A DNA stretch of 51,436 nt from IMG/VR virus record IMGVR_UViG_3300023116_000003; one strand, 5' to 3'. The notes beneath the pieces were generated by a model that was not told the DNA's origin, made no database searches, and worked only from the letters and a program-made list of their open reading frames with translations. This document shows, piece after piece, positions 14,291 through 22,506 of this stretch; the first letter of the stretch is position 1; every line of letters begins with the position of its first letter. A program made the translations under genes and the position numbers. This DNA comes from a virus.

Positions 14291-14497
14291 ATGCTAGTTT
14301 TAGATTACCCAAGCAAAAAAGAACTGAAAGAAAACATTGGCGAGTCACTTTGTTACATGGAAACTTCCATGTTTGGCCCAGAATACACTCCGAATGGGAC
14401 ATTCTGTGGCTGTAACCGACCTCATATTACTGGTCACAAGCGGGAGTTTTTCGCACAAGTTACTATGAAAGACGGCAAGATTTTTAAAGTTAGTTAA
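14291..14497 (+). CDS. 68-aa early protein
   Basis: Track ORF with an AAAGGAG SD. Confidence 0.8.
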   Translation: MLVLDYPSKKELKENIGESLCYMETSMFGPEYTPNGTFCGCNRPHITGHKREFFAQVTMKDGKIFKVS

Positions 14498-14506
14498 TCT
14501 ATGAAA

Positions 14507-14550
14507 GGACTTATTATCTCTCAAAGGTTTTTGAGAGAGATAATAAGTCC
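14507..14550 (+). repeat. Early intergenic hairpin element R3
   Basis: GGACTTATTATCTCTCAAA-GGTT-TTTGAGAGAGATAATAAGTCC. The lower stem differs from R1/R2 but remains complementary. Confidence 0.85.
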
Positions 14551-14571
14551 CAAAACCCAAAGGAGTACGGC

Positions 14572-14796
14572 ATGATCACTTTAACTAAAATTAGTTTGTT
14601 AACTGGTAACACTAACAAAATGGTGTTGCCAATAACCCAAGATGAATATAACAAAGCTGAACAAGCTAGAAAAGGAGGTATGTACATACAAGATGCTTAC
14701 CCTACTCTCACAGCAGATCAAAGAGAGTTTTTACTAAGTGGAGCAACCCCAGAAGAATGGGATGCTTTATTTGGAGAAGATGAGGAGGCAGCATGA
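14572..14796 (+). CDS. 74-aa early protein
   Basis: Track ORF with an AAAGGAG SD. The motif YIQDAYPTLTADQREFLLSGATPEEWDALF is a conserved small phage protein signature (from memory). Confidence 0.85.
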   Translation: MITLTKISLLTGNTNKMVLPITQDEYNKAEQARKGGMYIQDAYPTLTADQREFLLSGATPEEWDALFGEDEEAA

Positions 14797-15023
14797 AAGA
14801 AGTAAAAATCATTGAATGGATTGGCTATGATGCAGGGGCAATTACTTGTAATTCTATAGCTAATAAACGTAGGACAGCTGGTGGAAACATTAAAGTTACA
14901 GATCATAATGGTGACATTTATGATGTGCATCCTCTTGTTTATTCCTGTGGTGGCTATGGTCTCCAAACTATTGAAAGTGAAGTTGGAGTGTATCCAATAC
15001 GATGGAAAGAGATTGCATTTTAA
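14793..15023 (+). CDS. 76-aa early protein
   Basis: Track ORF with an ATGA overlap to the upstream gene and a GGAGG SD. Confidence 0.8.
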   Translation: MKEVKIIEWIGYDAGAITCNSIANKRRTAGGNIKVTDHNGDIYDVHPLVYSCGGYGLQTIESEVGVYPIRWKEIAF

Positions 15024-15039
15024 AATTAATTAATATAAA

Positions 15040-15085
15040 GGGTGTTTATATATCTCAAAGGTTTTTGAGAGATATATAAACCCCC
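15040..15085 (+). repeat. Early intergenic hairpin element R4 (within the 73-nt perfect repeat 15021-15093)
   Basis: Same sequence as R2/R5. The block 15021-15093 is identical to 15910-15982. Confidence 0.9.
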
Positions 15086-15099
15086 CAAAGGAGTACGGC

Positions 15100-15912
15100 A
15101 TGAATTTCAATACCTTAAAAGAAATCACCCGATCAAAATCAATACCCGAAGCAGTAGCATCAGCATATAAAAAAGAAGATAAAGCAGGTTGGCGTAAAGC
15201 GATGCTAAAGTTTATGCAATGGCTGAAAGGAGAGGATGCTGGTTGGTCAATTATGATGCAAAAGGGTAACATCAAACAGCAGTTTCTATCCTTCAGTAGC
15301 GTACCTGAAGTAAGCTGTCCCGGTGCTGGTGCTTGTCTCAAGTTTTGTTATAGCTTTAGAGCTTGGAGATATCCCGATGCATTTTTTAGACAATTACAAA
15401 ACTATGTTTTGATGCAAACAGCTGAAGGTAGAGCCAAGATACTTGAAGACTTAGACAAGTATAAATCAGACAAACCAGTAGACTTTAGGTTATATGTTGA
15501 TGGAGACTTTGCCAGTGCTTCAGAAGTTACCTTCTGGATGGAAGCCTTGAAAGCCCGACCTTGGTTGAAAGCCTATGGCTACTCTAAATCTTGGGAAGAG
15601 TTGTTAGCTTACAAGGGCGAATGGCCTAGTAATTATAAATTAAATTTGTCTTCTGGTAGCAAGCATGATGCTGAGTTAAAAGCTAAGGTTAAAGCTTTAC
15701 CAGTTACAAGGGGTAGTTTTGTTGCAGTAGATGTTGGTTATAAAGTAACCAGTGATATGCATGGCGATAGGAAACATCAGAGTTTCCTCAGAAAACTATA
15801 TGGTATTAAAGCCTTCACCTGCCCCGGAAAATGTAATACTTGTACCCCAAAAGGTCATGCTTGTGGATCAGATAGATTCCAAGGCATGGATATAATAATT
15901 GCAACGCATTAA
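15100..15912 (+). CDS. Cys-rich 270-aa protein, possibly GP88-family; function unknown
   Basis: Track ORF with an AAAGGAG SD. The motifs SCPGAGACLKFCYSF, FRLYVDGDF, YGYSKSW and the C-terminal CPGKCNTCTPKGHAC resemble the phage GP88 domain from memory. Confidence 0.85.
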   Translation: MNFNTLKEITRSKSIPEAVASAYKKEDKAGWRKAMLKFMQWLKGEDAGWSIMMQKGNIKQQFLSFSSVPEVSCPGAGACLKFCYSFRAWRYPDAFFRQLQNYVLMQTAEGRAKILEDLDKYKSDKPVDFRLYVDGDFASASEVTFWMEALKARPWLKAYGYSKSWEELLAYKGEWPSNYKLNLSSGSKHDAELKAKVKALPVTRGSFVAVDVGYKVTSDMHGDRKHQSFLRKLYGIKAFTCPGKCNTCTPKGHACGSDRFQGMDIIIATH

Positions 15913-15928
15913 AATTAATTAATATAAA

Positions 15929-15974
15929 GGGTGTTTATATATCTCAAAGGTTTTTGAGAGATATATAAACCCCC
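15929..15974 (+). repeat. Early intergenic hairpin element R5 (within the 73-nt perfect repeat 15910-15982)
   Basis: Identical to R4. Confidence 0.9.
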
Positions 15975-15990
15975 CAAAGGAGACAGCGAT

Positions 15991-16164
15991 ATGCTATTGC
16001 TAGTAAAAGTTAAAAACAATTATGGTACTGAACACATCTATCCAGTCAGCGAAGAGGCCAAACTACTGGCCCAGCTGGCTGGTAGTAAAACATTGACCAG
16101 AAGCACTATAGAAATAGCTAAGAAACTAGGATTTAAATTCTCGGTTGAGAGGGCAGAAGTATGA
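15991..16164 (+). CDS. 57-aa early protein
   Basis: Hand translation: MLLLVKVKNNYGTEHIYPVSEEAKLLAQLAGSKTLTRSTIEIAKKLGFKFSVERAEV. It has an AAAGGAG SD and its stop overlaps the next ATG. Confidence 0.65.
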   Translation: MLLLVKVKNNYGTEHIYPVSEEAKLLAQLAGSKTLTRSTIEIAKKLGFKFSVERAEV

Positions 16165-16379
16165 TAACTAGAATTCACGTTAACCAGCATAACATTAGGG
16201 CCAACAGTAAAGACGGTGGCTCAAGGCCAATACTTACTGTTAAAGACTACAAGCAGAACAGAAAGTGTAACGAAGTAGTATTTACTAATGGACGAGTAAT
16301 ATATTCCCCGGACAAACCATTGTCCTGTGGAGCTAAAGTATGGATTGAGACAAACGAACCAGTAGAAATTGTACGCTGA
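16161..16379 (+). CDS. 72-aa early protein
   Basis: Track ORF. The pattern IHVNQHNIRAN...PILTVK...CGAKVWIET is a recurrent small phage protein pattern (from memory). Confidence 0.8.
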   Translation: MITRIHVNQHNIRANSKDGGSRPILTVKDYKQNRKCNEVVFTNGRVIYSPDKPLSCGAKVWIETNEPVEIVR

Positions 16380-16394
16380 ACATGGGAGTTTAAT

Positions 16395-16712
16395 ATGACT
16401 GAAGATAGGATAGCGGTTAGAAGAAAGCAGTGGTTGAACTGGCATAGAAAAAATCCTGAGATTTGGAAAGCCTTTGAAAAGTTTACCCTTGAAGCAATTG
16501 AATCTGGGCGTACAAAGTATTCTCATTGGGCAATTATGAATAGGGTTCGATGGCATACTGATATCGAAACTACAGGTAAACCTTTTAAAATATCTAATGA
16601 CCACATAGCTTTTTATGCTAGGGCTTTTGTGCATAAATATCCTCAACATAAAACTTTTTTTAAACTAAAACCTTTAAAGGAGGAACGTGAACCATGCCCC
16701 GCGACCCAGTAG
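16395..16712 (+). CDS. 105-aa early protein
   Basis: Track ORF with a GGGAG SD. Confidence 0.8.
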   Translation: MTEDRIAVRRKQWLNWHRKNPEIWKAFEKFTLEAIESGRTKYSHWAIMNRVRWHTDIETTGKPFKISNDHIAFYARAFVHKYPQHKTFFKLKPLKEEREPCPATQ

Positions 16713-16843
16713 ATATTGCAGAATTAAAACGAGACTTTGAAGAAACCTACGGTTCAGAAGAGCAAAGGTTTAAGGATTGGTGGGAACATCAAGAAGAGAT
16801 AGCAGATAGAGAATACACTTCATGTGAATCAAAGGAGATATAA
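16694..16843 (+). CDS. 49-aa acidic micro-protein
   Basis: Hand translation: MPRDPVDIAELKRDFEETYGSEEQRFKDWWEHQEEIADREYTSCESKEI. AAGGAGG lies upstream. It overlaps the previous gene by 19 nt. Confidence 0.5.
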   Translation: MPRDPVDIAELKRDFEETYGSEEQRFKDWWEHQEEIADREYTSCESKEI

Positions 16844-16844
16844 A

Positions 16845-17057
16845 ATGAAAAAGAAAACAATGATAAAGTTTTGCAAAAAAACTCAAGAAACAGCTATGAA
16901 ATATAATTTATCCGATTTAGAAGTCATTGAAGCTTTGCTGGTAATGTATTCATCAATAGCAAAGCTGCATGAGATTTCAAAGGATGAAGCGTTAAACGGT
17001 CTGAGTGTAACGCTAGACATGATTTATGAAAAATCCGAAGAGGAGGTAGTGCATTAA
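16845..17057 (+). CDS. 70-aa early protein (start re-called at ATG 16845)
   Basis: AAAGGAG lies 6 nt before ATG 16845. The track used GTG 16824. Confidence 0.75.
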   Translation: MKKKTMIKFCKKTQETAMKYNLSDLEVIEALLVMYSSIAKLHEISKDEALNGLSVTLDMIYEKSEEEVVH

Positions 17058-17239
17058 TGAGTCATATGAAAAGACAGGTTTTAAACTGGGAAGTTTATAC
17101 TTCGGGACATAAGATATTAATTAAGGACAAAACTTATCCCGAAGCTATAGAACTTGCGGAGCAGTACGGTACACCGTTTGCCATATCTCAGATAAGTTCA
17201 GAGGCTTATGAAAATAAAAAAATAAAGGTTGTTAATTAA
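17057..17239 (+). CDS. 60-aa early protein
   Basis: Track ORF with a GGAGG SD and a TAATG overlap. Confidence 0.75.
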   Translation: MSHMKRQVLNWEVYTSGHKILIKDKTYPEAIELAEQYGTPFAISQISSEAYENKKIKVVN

Positions 17240-17268
17240 TCTCTCAAAGGGTTTTGAGAGAGATTAAT
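17235..17268 (+). repeat. Early intergenic hairpin element R6 (divergent copy)
   Basis: ATTAATCTCTCAAA-GGGT-TTTGAGAGAGATTAAT. The loop is GGGT instead of GGTT and the lower stem is different. Confidence 0.8.
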
Positions 17269-17295
17269 AACAACCCAATCCAAAAGGAGAACGCT

Positions 17296-17565
17296 ATGCA
17301 AATTAATGAAATCCGAAGAGAAATGGGTGAGTTTGATCTCGCCCTAGAAGAATGCAAGCAAATGGTTGAATTTGCCCCGCTTGTTTCTGACTTGGTTGAC
17401 GCAGTACTAATAAAAACCAGAAGTGAAGAAGACGATATAAGATTCTCATGTGCGAGAGCATTGGGTAGAGTTACAGGAATGATGCCCGCAGTACTGGCTA
17501 TTGAAGATGTTGAAAAGCGTAAAGAAAAATTAATTCAAATGACAAAGGAGCAAAGCAATGACTAA
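17296..17565 (+). CDS. 89-aa early protein (start re-called at ATG 17296)
   Basis: AAAGGAG lies 7 nt upstream. The track start TTG 17254 is inside hairpin R6. Confidence 0.8.
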   Translation: MQINEIRREMGEFDLALEECKQMVEFAPLVSDLVDAVLIKTRSEEDDIRFSCARALGRVTGMMPAVLAIEDVEKRKEKLIQMTKEQSND

Positions 17566-18466
17566 TGTACTTTCAATAAACAACAATCGTAAGCATATGC
17601 TTGATATATACAATCAGGGCTATGGGGCTGCTAGTTTTGATACCCACATAACTCCACTTTATTTTAACCCGACTCCACATGATAGGATTCAATCCAATAA
17701 GATGGCTATCTATCGTGGAGATACTTGGAATTTTCTGGGGGCTGTCAGTAGGAAGTACAAGCTGGTCACTCACCGAGAAATGATTGATAACCAACGTGTA
17801 ATTCTTGAGCGTTCTGATCTTGATTGTACTGGTATTCAAGAAAGAATTACTATCGGAGGTAACGGCTCTAAGTGCTTTGTTCATCACACCCTCCCGGCTC
17901 ATAGTGTAACTACACCGGACGGTGATACTGCTGTCCTGACTTTCCTTGGTACTAATAGCTACGATGGGACGTTCAGTTTCTTATTGTCTGGTGGTGCAAA
18001 GCAGGGTGCTTGCATGAACGGTCAGGTCTGGACTAAGGACGCAGCCACAATTTATAGGGCTAAACATTCTAAGAATCTTAATATAAATCATGCAGCTAGG
18101 GTTGTTGGTGGTGCTTTGGAAGTATTTGCCCAGCAGAATGAGTTGTGGTCAACGCTTAGAAATACACCTATTTCTATAAATGAAGTTAAGATAGCGATCT
18201 TCCATGCGTTGAATTTAGGTTCTAATTTCCATGAGTTTGAAACCAAATGGAAAGAAACAGGCAAGGCTAGTAAAGATTATATGTATCTTTTAAGGGCTTG
18301 GTACAACTACTCTAGAAAACTTGGTAATAATCAGTGGGCTTTGTACAATGCCTTCACTGATTGGTCAACCCATGCCCCAGCTGCGAGAAAGGGTTCAGAT
18401 ATTAGTAACTTACAGCGTAAGCGTGAGGCAACAGTTCAGAATGTAGTAACTAAGCTGGCTGCTTAA
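17558..18466 (+). CDS. DUF932-like protein, 302 aa
   Basis: Track ORF with an AAAGGAG SD. Its size and the motifs GTNSYDGTFSF...GAKQGACMNG match the DUF932 phage/plasmid family from memory. Confidence 0.8.
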   Translation: MTNVLSINNNRKHMLDIYNQGYGAASFDTHITPLYFNPTPHDRIQSNKMAIYRGDTWNFLGAVSRKYKLVTHREMIDNQRVILERSDLDCTGIQERITIGGNGSKCFVHHTLPAHSVTTPDGDTAVLTFLGTNSYDGTFSFLLSGGAKQGACMNGQVWTKDAATIYRAKHSKNLNINHAARVVGGALEVFAQQNELWSTLRNTPISINEVKIAIFHALNLGSNFHEFETKWKETGKASKDYMYLLRAWYNYSRKLGNNQWALYNAFTDWSTHAPAARKGSDISNLQRKREATVQNVVTKLAA

Positions 18467-18511
18467 ACCAACTAACAGTTGCCAAGGATGGCATTTTTTA
18501 AAGGAGGTAAC

Positions 18512-19024
18512 ATGAATATATTTTATCTAGACCCAAACCCAAGAATTTGTGCCGAGAATCACTGCGACAAGCATTGTGTCAAAATGATTTTAGAATATGC
18601 CCAGCTGTTATCAACAGCACACCGCGTACTCGATGGTAATGAGAACAAAGAACTGCCTGACGGTAGGCAAGATGTATTGTACAAGGCTACACACGTTAAT
18701 CATCCAAGTGCTGTCTGGGTTAGACAAAGTTCTGCTAATTATAAATGGCTTTATAAAATGTGGATGTATCTCATATTTGAATATAATTTTAGATACAACA
18801 AGATGCACAAGTCGGCATCCCTTTCAATATACTTGGAAGACCTTCCAGTAAATATCCCAACCGGGGAGTTTACTGAGCCTACATTGGCTATGCCGGATGA
18901 ATGCAAACTACATGGCGTTAGTCATGTAGAGTCTTATAGAAATTATTACAATAAAGAAAAAGCCTACATGGCTAAGTGGAACTATACAGCCCCGCCAATG
19001 TGGTTTGGAGAACAGTATGCCTAG
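18512..19024 (+). CDS. Conserved hypothetical protein, 170 aa (HCDKH-motif family)
   Basis: AAGGAGG lies before ATG 18512. MNIFYLDPNPRICAENHCDKHCVKMILEYAQLLSTAH is a widespread viral/bacterial signature with no function that I can assign. Confidence 0.8.
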   Translation: MNIFYLDPNPRICAENHCDKHCVKMILEYAQLLSTAHRVLDGNENKELPDGRQDVLYKATHVNHPSAVWVRQSSANYKWLYKMWMYLIFEYNFRYNKMHKSASLSIYLEDLPVNIPTGEFTEPTLAMPDECKLHGVSHVESYRNYYNKEKAYMAKWNYTAPPMWFGEQYA

Positions 19025-19328
19025 AAAAAAGAAACTTGAGATAGTTGATAAGCTTGATAAAAAGCTTTTGAATTTAAAATCTGGTGACAATTTTATTGTT
19101 GAGATGTACTTGGAAGGTACAAGATTATGTGAAATAAAAATGGGATACAAGTATGCTAAGGTAAAGCCTTTGTTTGGTAGTCCTTTCTCTAAAAAATTTA
19201 GTGCAAGGAAAATAAAAGACCTGCTTGCAGCAACATATTGGTGTGCTGCTAGATCAGATGCCACATATAAAGCTTGGGAAAAAGGCAGGAAACGTAGGCC
19301 TAGAAACTGGGAGACCGCATATAAATGA
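19017..19328 (+). CDS. 103-aa basic hypothetical protein (start re-called at ATG 19017)
   Basis: Track ORF frame. The ATG overlaps the end of the previous gene. Confidence 0.7.
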   Translation: MPRKKKLEIVDKLDKKLLNLKSGDNFIVEMYLEGTRLCEIKMGYKYAKVKPLFGSPFSKKFSARKIKDLLAATYWCAARSDATYKAWEKGRKRRPRNWETAYK

Positions 19329-19744
19329 GACCTAAATATGAGACAAAGCATAGTTTAAAGGAAGAGCAAAGTTTTGCTGACATGATCCAAACTGTTTGGG
19401 ATTGTGAGTTAACAAAGATGCCAGTGCAATACGGAATAGATTACTGTTGCTATCGAGGTGACACTTTAATCGGGTTTGTTGAACTAAAAAACCGAACATG
19501 TAGGAAGGAGCAGTACCCTACATATATAATAAGTTTAAGTAAATATTTGAAAGCTAAAGAGTTTTCACGGTCTCTTAGAAAACCAACTAACCTCTGTGTT
19601 AGATGGTCAGACCAATCAGGATACATAAGATTGGATACAATTAGTGACTTTTGCATATCCCAAGGTGGTAGAACAGACAGAAATGATTGGCAAGATGTTG
19701 AGCCAGTACTCCATATAGATATTAATAGTTTCATTAGGATATGA
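19325..19744 (+). CDS. Putative PD-(D/E)xK nuclease, 139 aa
   Basis: Track ORF. GIDYCC...GFVELKNR fits a D...E-x-K nuclease core. This rests on the motif alone. Confidence 0.75.
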   Translation: MRPKYETKHSLKEEQSFADMIQTVWDCELTKMPVQYGIDYCCYRGDTLIGFVELKNRTCRKEQYPTYIISLSKYLKAKEFSRSLRKPTNLCVRWSDQSGYIRLDTISDFCISQGGRTDRNDWQDVEPVLHIDINSFIRI

Positions 19745-20031
19745 TTATGTTTAATAATGTACAACATGCAATAATTAAATGTTTAAAAGATATAAAAGAT
19801 ACTTATAATTCTTCTTACGACAACTACCACAGGCTGCTTGTAGTACTTTCTTTAAGTTGTTATATAATAAGTTTAATAGGTGCTTTACTGGTCTTTATAG
19901 AGATTATAGAACTAAAAGACTTTGAAAGCAAGACAGGATTTATTCCATCCACAATTGAGTTTGCACTGCTGGCTGTTGTTGGCTGGCATGCAAGTCAGAA
20001 GCTTGCGGATAGAATAATAGTAAAGTCGTAA
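19741..20031 (+). CDS. 96-aa membrane protein (two hydrophobic segments)
   Basis: Track ORF with the segments LLVVLSLSCYIISLIGALLVFI and FALLAVVGW. Confidence 0.75.
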   Translation: MIMFNNVQHAIIKCLKDIKDTYNSSYDNYHRLLVVLSLSCYIISLIGALLVFIEIIELKDFESKTGFIPSTIEFALLAVVGWHASQKLADRIIVKS

Positions 20032-20039
20032 CTTTTTTC

Positions 20040-20068
20040 TTGACATGCCACAAGAAAGGAATTACGAT
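20040..20068 (+). promoter_or_regulatory. Sigma70-like promoter ahead of the SSB gene
   Basis: TTGACA (20040-20045), a 17-nt spacer, then TACGAT (20063-20068), with a T-rich stretch upstream. Confidence 0.5.
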
Positions 20069-20102
20069 TCAATTTCAATCAACAATACACAAGAGGTGTA
20101 AT

Positions 20103-20540
20103 ATGCCAGTTGTATCTGGAACCGCTTACTGGGCAAGCGTAACTCAGCCCAACACAACTTACGATCCAGTTTATTCAGTTAATCTGGTTGTTGACAGCAA
20201 GACCGCCAAGGATTTTGAATCTCGTGGTTTCTCCATCAAGGAGATGGATGAAGGCCCGGCACTTGTTATCAAGCGTAAGGTCAACGGCCCCAACGGTATG
20301 GTGCGCTCTGCACCGAAGCTGTTTGATGCTGCCAAGCGCGAGATCAATTGTCTGGTTGGCAACGGCTCCAAGGTTAAAGTTCAGTACAAGGAGTGGGAGT
20401 CCAACTACAAAGGTACTAACCACAAAGGTCTGGACTTTATGGCTATGCAGGTCATTGATCTGGTCAGCTATGCTAACCAGCCCGGTGATGAGTTTGAAGT
20501 TGAAGCAGAGTCAGCTGATCCTTTTGAGGATGAGTTGTGA
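20103..20540 (+). CDS. ssDNA-binding protein, T7 gp2.5-like (start re-called at ATG 20103)
   Basis: 145 aa. It has the OB-fold-like N-terminus AYWASVTQPNTTYDPVYSVNLVV and an acidic C-terminal tail EAESADPFEDEL. It sits immediately upstream of the replication genes. Confidence 0.8.
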   Translation: MPVVSGTAYWASVTQPNTTYDPVYSVNLVVDSKTAKDFESRGFSIKEMDEGPALVIKRKVNGPNGMVRSAPKLFDAAKREINCLVGNGSKVKVQYKEWESNYKGTNHKGLDFMAMQVIDLVSYANQPGDEFEVEAESADPFEDEL

Positions 20541-20740
20541 TTTACACAGTAGACGGCAAGCAATACGATGTATCCACACTGAGCGAGGAAGTCAAGGAAG
20601 ACTTCCTTACTCTTTCAGAGGTACAGAACGAACTTACCCTGCTGGGTAAGAAAGCTTATGTGCTTAAGTGTTGTGCTGCCGAACTTAATCGTAAAATCCA
20701 AGCTGCTTTGACTGACGAGGTTCTAGTTCAGGAAGAATGA
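20537..20740 (+). CDS. 67-aa hypothetical protein
   Basis: Track ORF. Its GTG start overlaps the SSB stop. Confidence 0.65.
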   Translation: MIYTVDGKQYDVSTLSEEVKEDFLTLSEVQNELTLLGKKAYVLKCCAAELNRKIQAALTDEVLVQEE

Positions 20741-20752
20741 GTACCCCTCACC

Positions 20753-20816
20753 TTCACCTGTTTACTCCTTTCAGGTGAACTTTAGGGAGGGCCGTAAAAA
20801 GCCCTCCTTTTTTTTT
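20753..20816 (+). terminator. Tandem hairpins forming a rho-independent terminator
   Basis: TTCACCTG-11 nt-CAGGTGAA (20753-20779), then GGGAGGGC-cgtaaaaa-GCCCTCC followed by T9 (20785-20816). Confidence 0.8.
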
Positions 20817-20832
20817 CTGAGGATACTTATAA

Positions 20833-22506
20833 ATGTCATTCATTAAAACACACATCTATTGTCCTAATTGCAAGGGGTCAGACCCCGCATCTTTAAATGA
20901 GGATGGTTCTGCCTATTGCTTTAGTTGTAACAGTTATATAAAAGATTATGAAAAAGCCACTGAGGGTGAGGTATTTATGGCTCAACAAAAATCAATAAAC
21001 ATTACTCAAAGTCTACCCGATATTATTGATACCAGTTCGGGGGAGTTCAACCCCCTTACGGACAGGGGAATCTCATTAGAAACAGCCAAGTTCTTTGGCG
21101 TTAAATCCTTAAAAAATATTAATGGAAAAATCTGTAGGCATATGTACCCGTACTATGTTGCCAATGAGGTAGCAGGTTACAAGGTGCGTGAACCTGACAA
21201 GATTTTTTCTTGGAAGGGCACATCAATAGGTACTGGTCTGTTTGGTCAGAATCTGTTTGCTGAAGGTGCTGCGAAGCGTATCACCATAACTGAAGGCGAG
21301 TGCGATGCAATGGCATCCTATGAAATGCAAGGTTCAAAGTGGCCTGTAGTTTCCCTGAAGAATGGTGCAGCAGGTGCAGAACGTGATGTGAAGAACTCAC
21401 TTGAGTTCCTAGAAAAATATCAGGAAGTAGTTATCAACTTTGATAACGACCAGCCGGGACGGGAAGCTGCCCGCAAGGTGGCTAGGTTATTGAGTCCGGG
21501 CAAAGCTAAGATACTCACGATGCCTGAAGAATTCAAAGATGCTAATGACATGCTGAAGAAAGGCATGCGTCAGAAGTACATGGAAGCTTGGTGGGGCGCG
21601 AAGCTTTACACTCCAAGCGGGGTTGTCAGGGCCAGCGATTGCTTTGACAGCTGGATGAACAGGGAAAAGAAAGACTCTATACCATTCCCTTGGGAAGGCC
21701 TCAACAAGAAGCTGTACGGCATCAGGCAGGGCGAGTTGCTGACTGTTACTGGAGGCACAGGCCTTGGTAAATCTAGTGTTGTACGAGAACTGGAACACTG
21801 GCTGCTCACTACAACCAAAGATAATCTCGGCATCATTGCTCTCGAGGAGAATCAGAACAGGACTCTTGATGGCATCATGTCTATTGAAGCTAATGACAGG
21901 ATATACATTGACCACATCAGGGAGAAGTATGATTACGATTATCTTGCTAACATCTGGCAGAAGATAAACGGTGAGAATAACGATGGCAGGGTCTGGGTGT
22001 ACTCGCATCTTGGTGTTCAGGATATTGAAGAGATATACAGTAAGATCAGGTTTATGATTATCGGCTGCGACTGTAAGTGGATTGTGCTTGACCACTTGCA
22101 TATGCTTGTGTCGGCTTACACCGAAGGTGATGAGCGTAGGATCATTGATAGCATCATGCACAGGCTCCGTTCAATAGTGGAGGAGACAGGCGCAGGGATG
22201 GTATTGGTGTCCCATTTGAGGCGCACAGAGGGCAACAGGGGCCATGAGAATGGTATTACTGTTAGCCTTAGTCACTTGCGGGGCAGTCAAAGCATAGCCC
22301 AGTTAAGCGATTGTGTTATTGCTCTTGAGCGCAACCAGCAGTCTGATGATCCCGAGGAAGCCAACACCACTACAATGCGTGTACTTAAATCCAGATACAC
22401 CGGGGATGTAGGTAAAGCTACAAACTTGCATTACAATAATGAAACAGGCAGACTCAACGAAGTGTTTGATGATGAGTTTGATGAAGAGGTGGGGGATTTA
22501 CTGTGA
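20833..22506 (+). CDS. Bifunctional DNA primase-helicase (T7 gp4-like)
   Basis: It has a Zn ribbon CPNCKGS..CFSC, a TOPRIM motif EGECDAM...NFDNDQPG, a DnaB-type Walker A GGTGLGKSS and a Walker B IVLDHL. Confidence 0.93.
   Translation: MSFIKTHIYCPNCKGSDPASLNEDGSAYCFSCNSYIKDYEKATEGEVFMAQQKSINITQSLPDIIDTSSGEFNPLTDRGISLETAKFFGVKSLKNINGKICRHMYPYYVANEVAGYKVREPDKIFSWKGTSIGTGLFGQNLFAEGAAKRITITEGECDAMASYEMQGSKWPVVSLKNGAAGAERDVKNSLEFLEKYQEVVINFDNDQPGREAARKVARLLSPGKAKILTMPEEFKDANDMLKKGMRQKYMEAWWGAKLYTPSGVVRASDCFDSWMNREKKDSIPFPWEGLNKKLYGIRQGELLTVTGGTGLGKSSVVRELEHWLLTTTKDNLGIIALEENQNRTLDGIMSIEANDRIYIDHIREKYDYDYLANIWQKINGENNDGRVWVYSHLGVQDIEEIYSKIRFMIIGCDCKWIVLDHLHMLVSAYTEGDERRIIDSIMHRLRSIVEETGAGMVLVSHLRRTEGNRGHENGITVSLSHLRGSQSIAQLSDCVIALERNQQSDDPEEANTTTMRVLKSRYTGDVGKATNLHYNNETGRLNEVFDDEFDEEVGDLL

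Noticed and set aside
13902-17268. The six similar hairpin repeats could be mistaken for a CRISPR array.
   Set aside because: The repeats are separated by whole genes at irregular distances (about 290 to 1300 bp). Their lower stems differ in sequence, they are long perfect-type palindromes, and there are no cas genes or leader.
13902-17268. Integron-like cassette array, with an ORF followed by an imperfect palindrome with extrahelical bases, like attC.
   Set aside because: No integrase of any kind is present in the genome. The arm termini (GTTTATA...TATAAAC) do not match the RYYYAAC...GTTRRRY order of attC core sites. It is kept only as an analogy in the findings.
20188-20649. Track ORF 20188..20649 (+, 153 aa) and minus-strand ORFs 20171..20423 overlapping the SSB gene.
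   Set aside because: They are out of frame or antisense to a well-supported gene, have Arg/Ser/Leu-rich composition typical of non-coding frames, and have no RBS.
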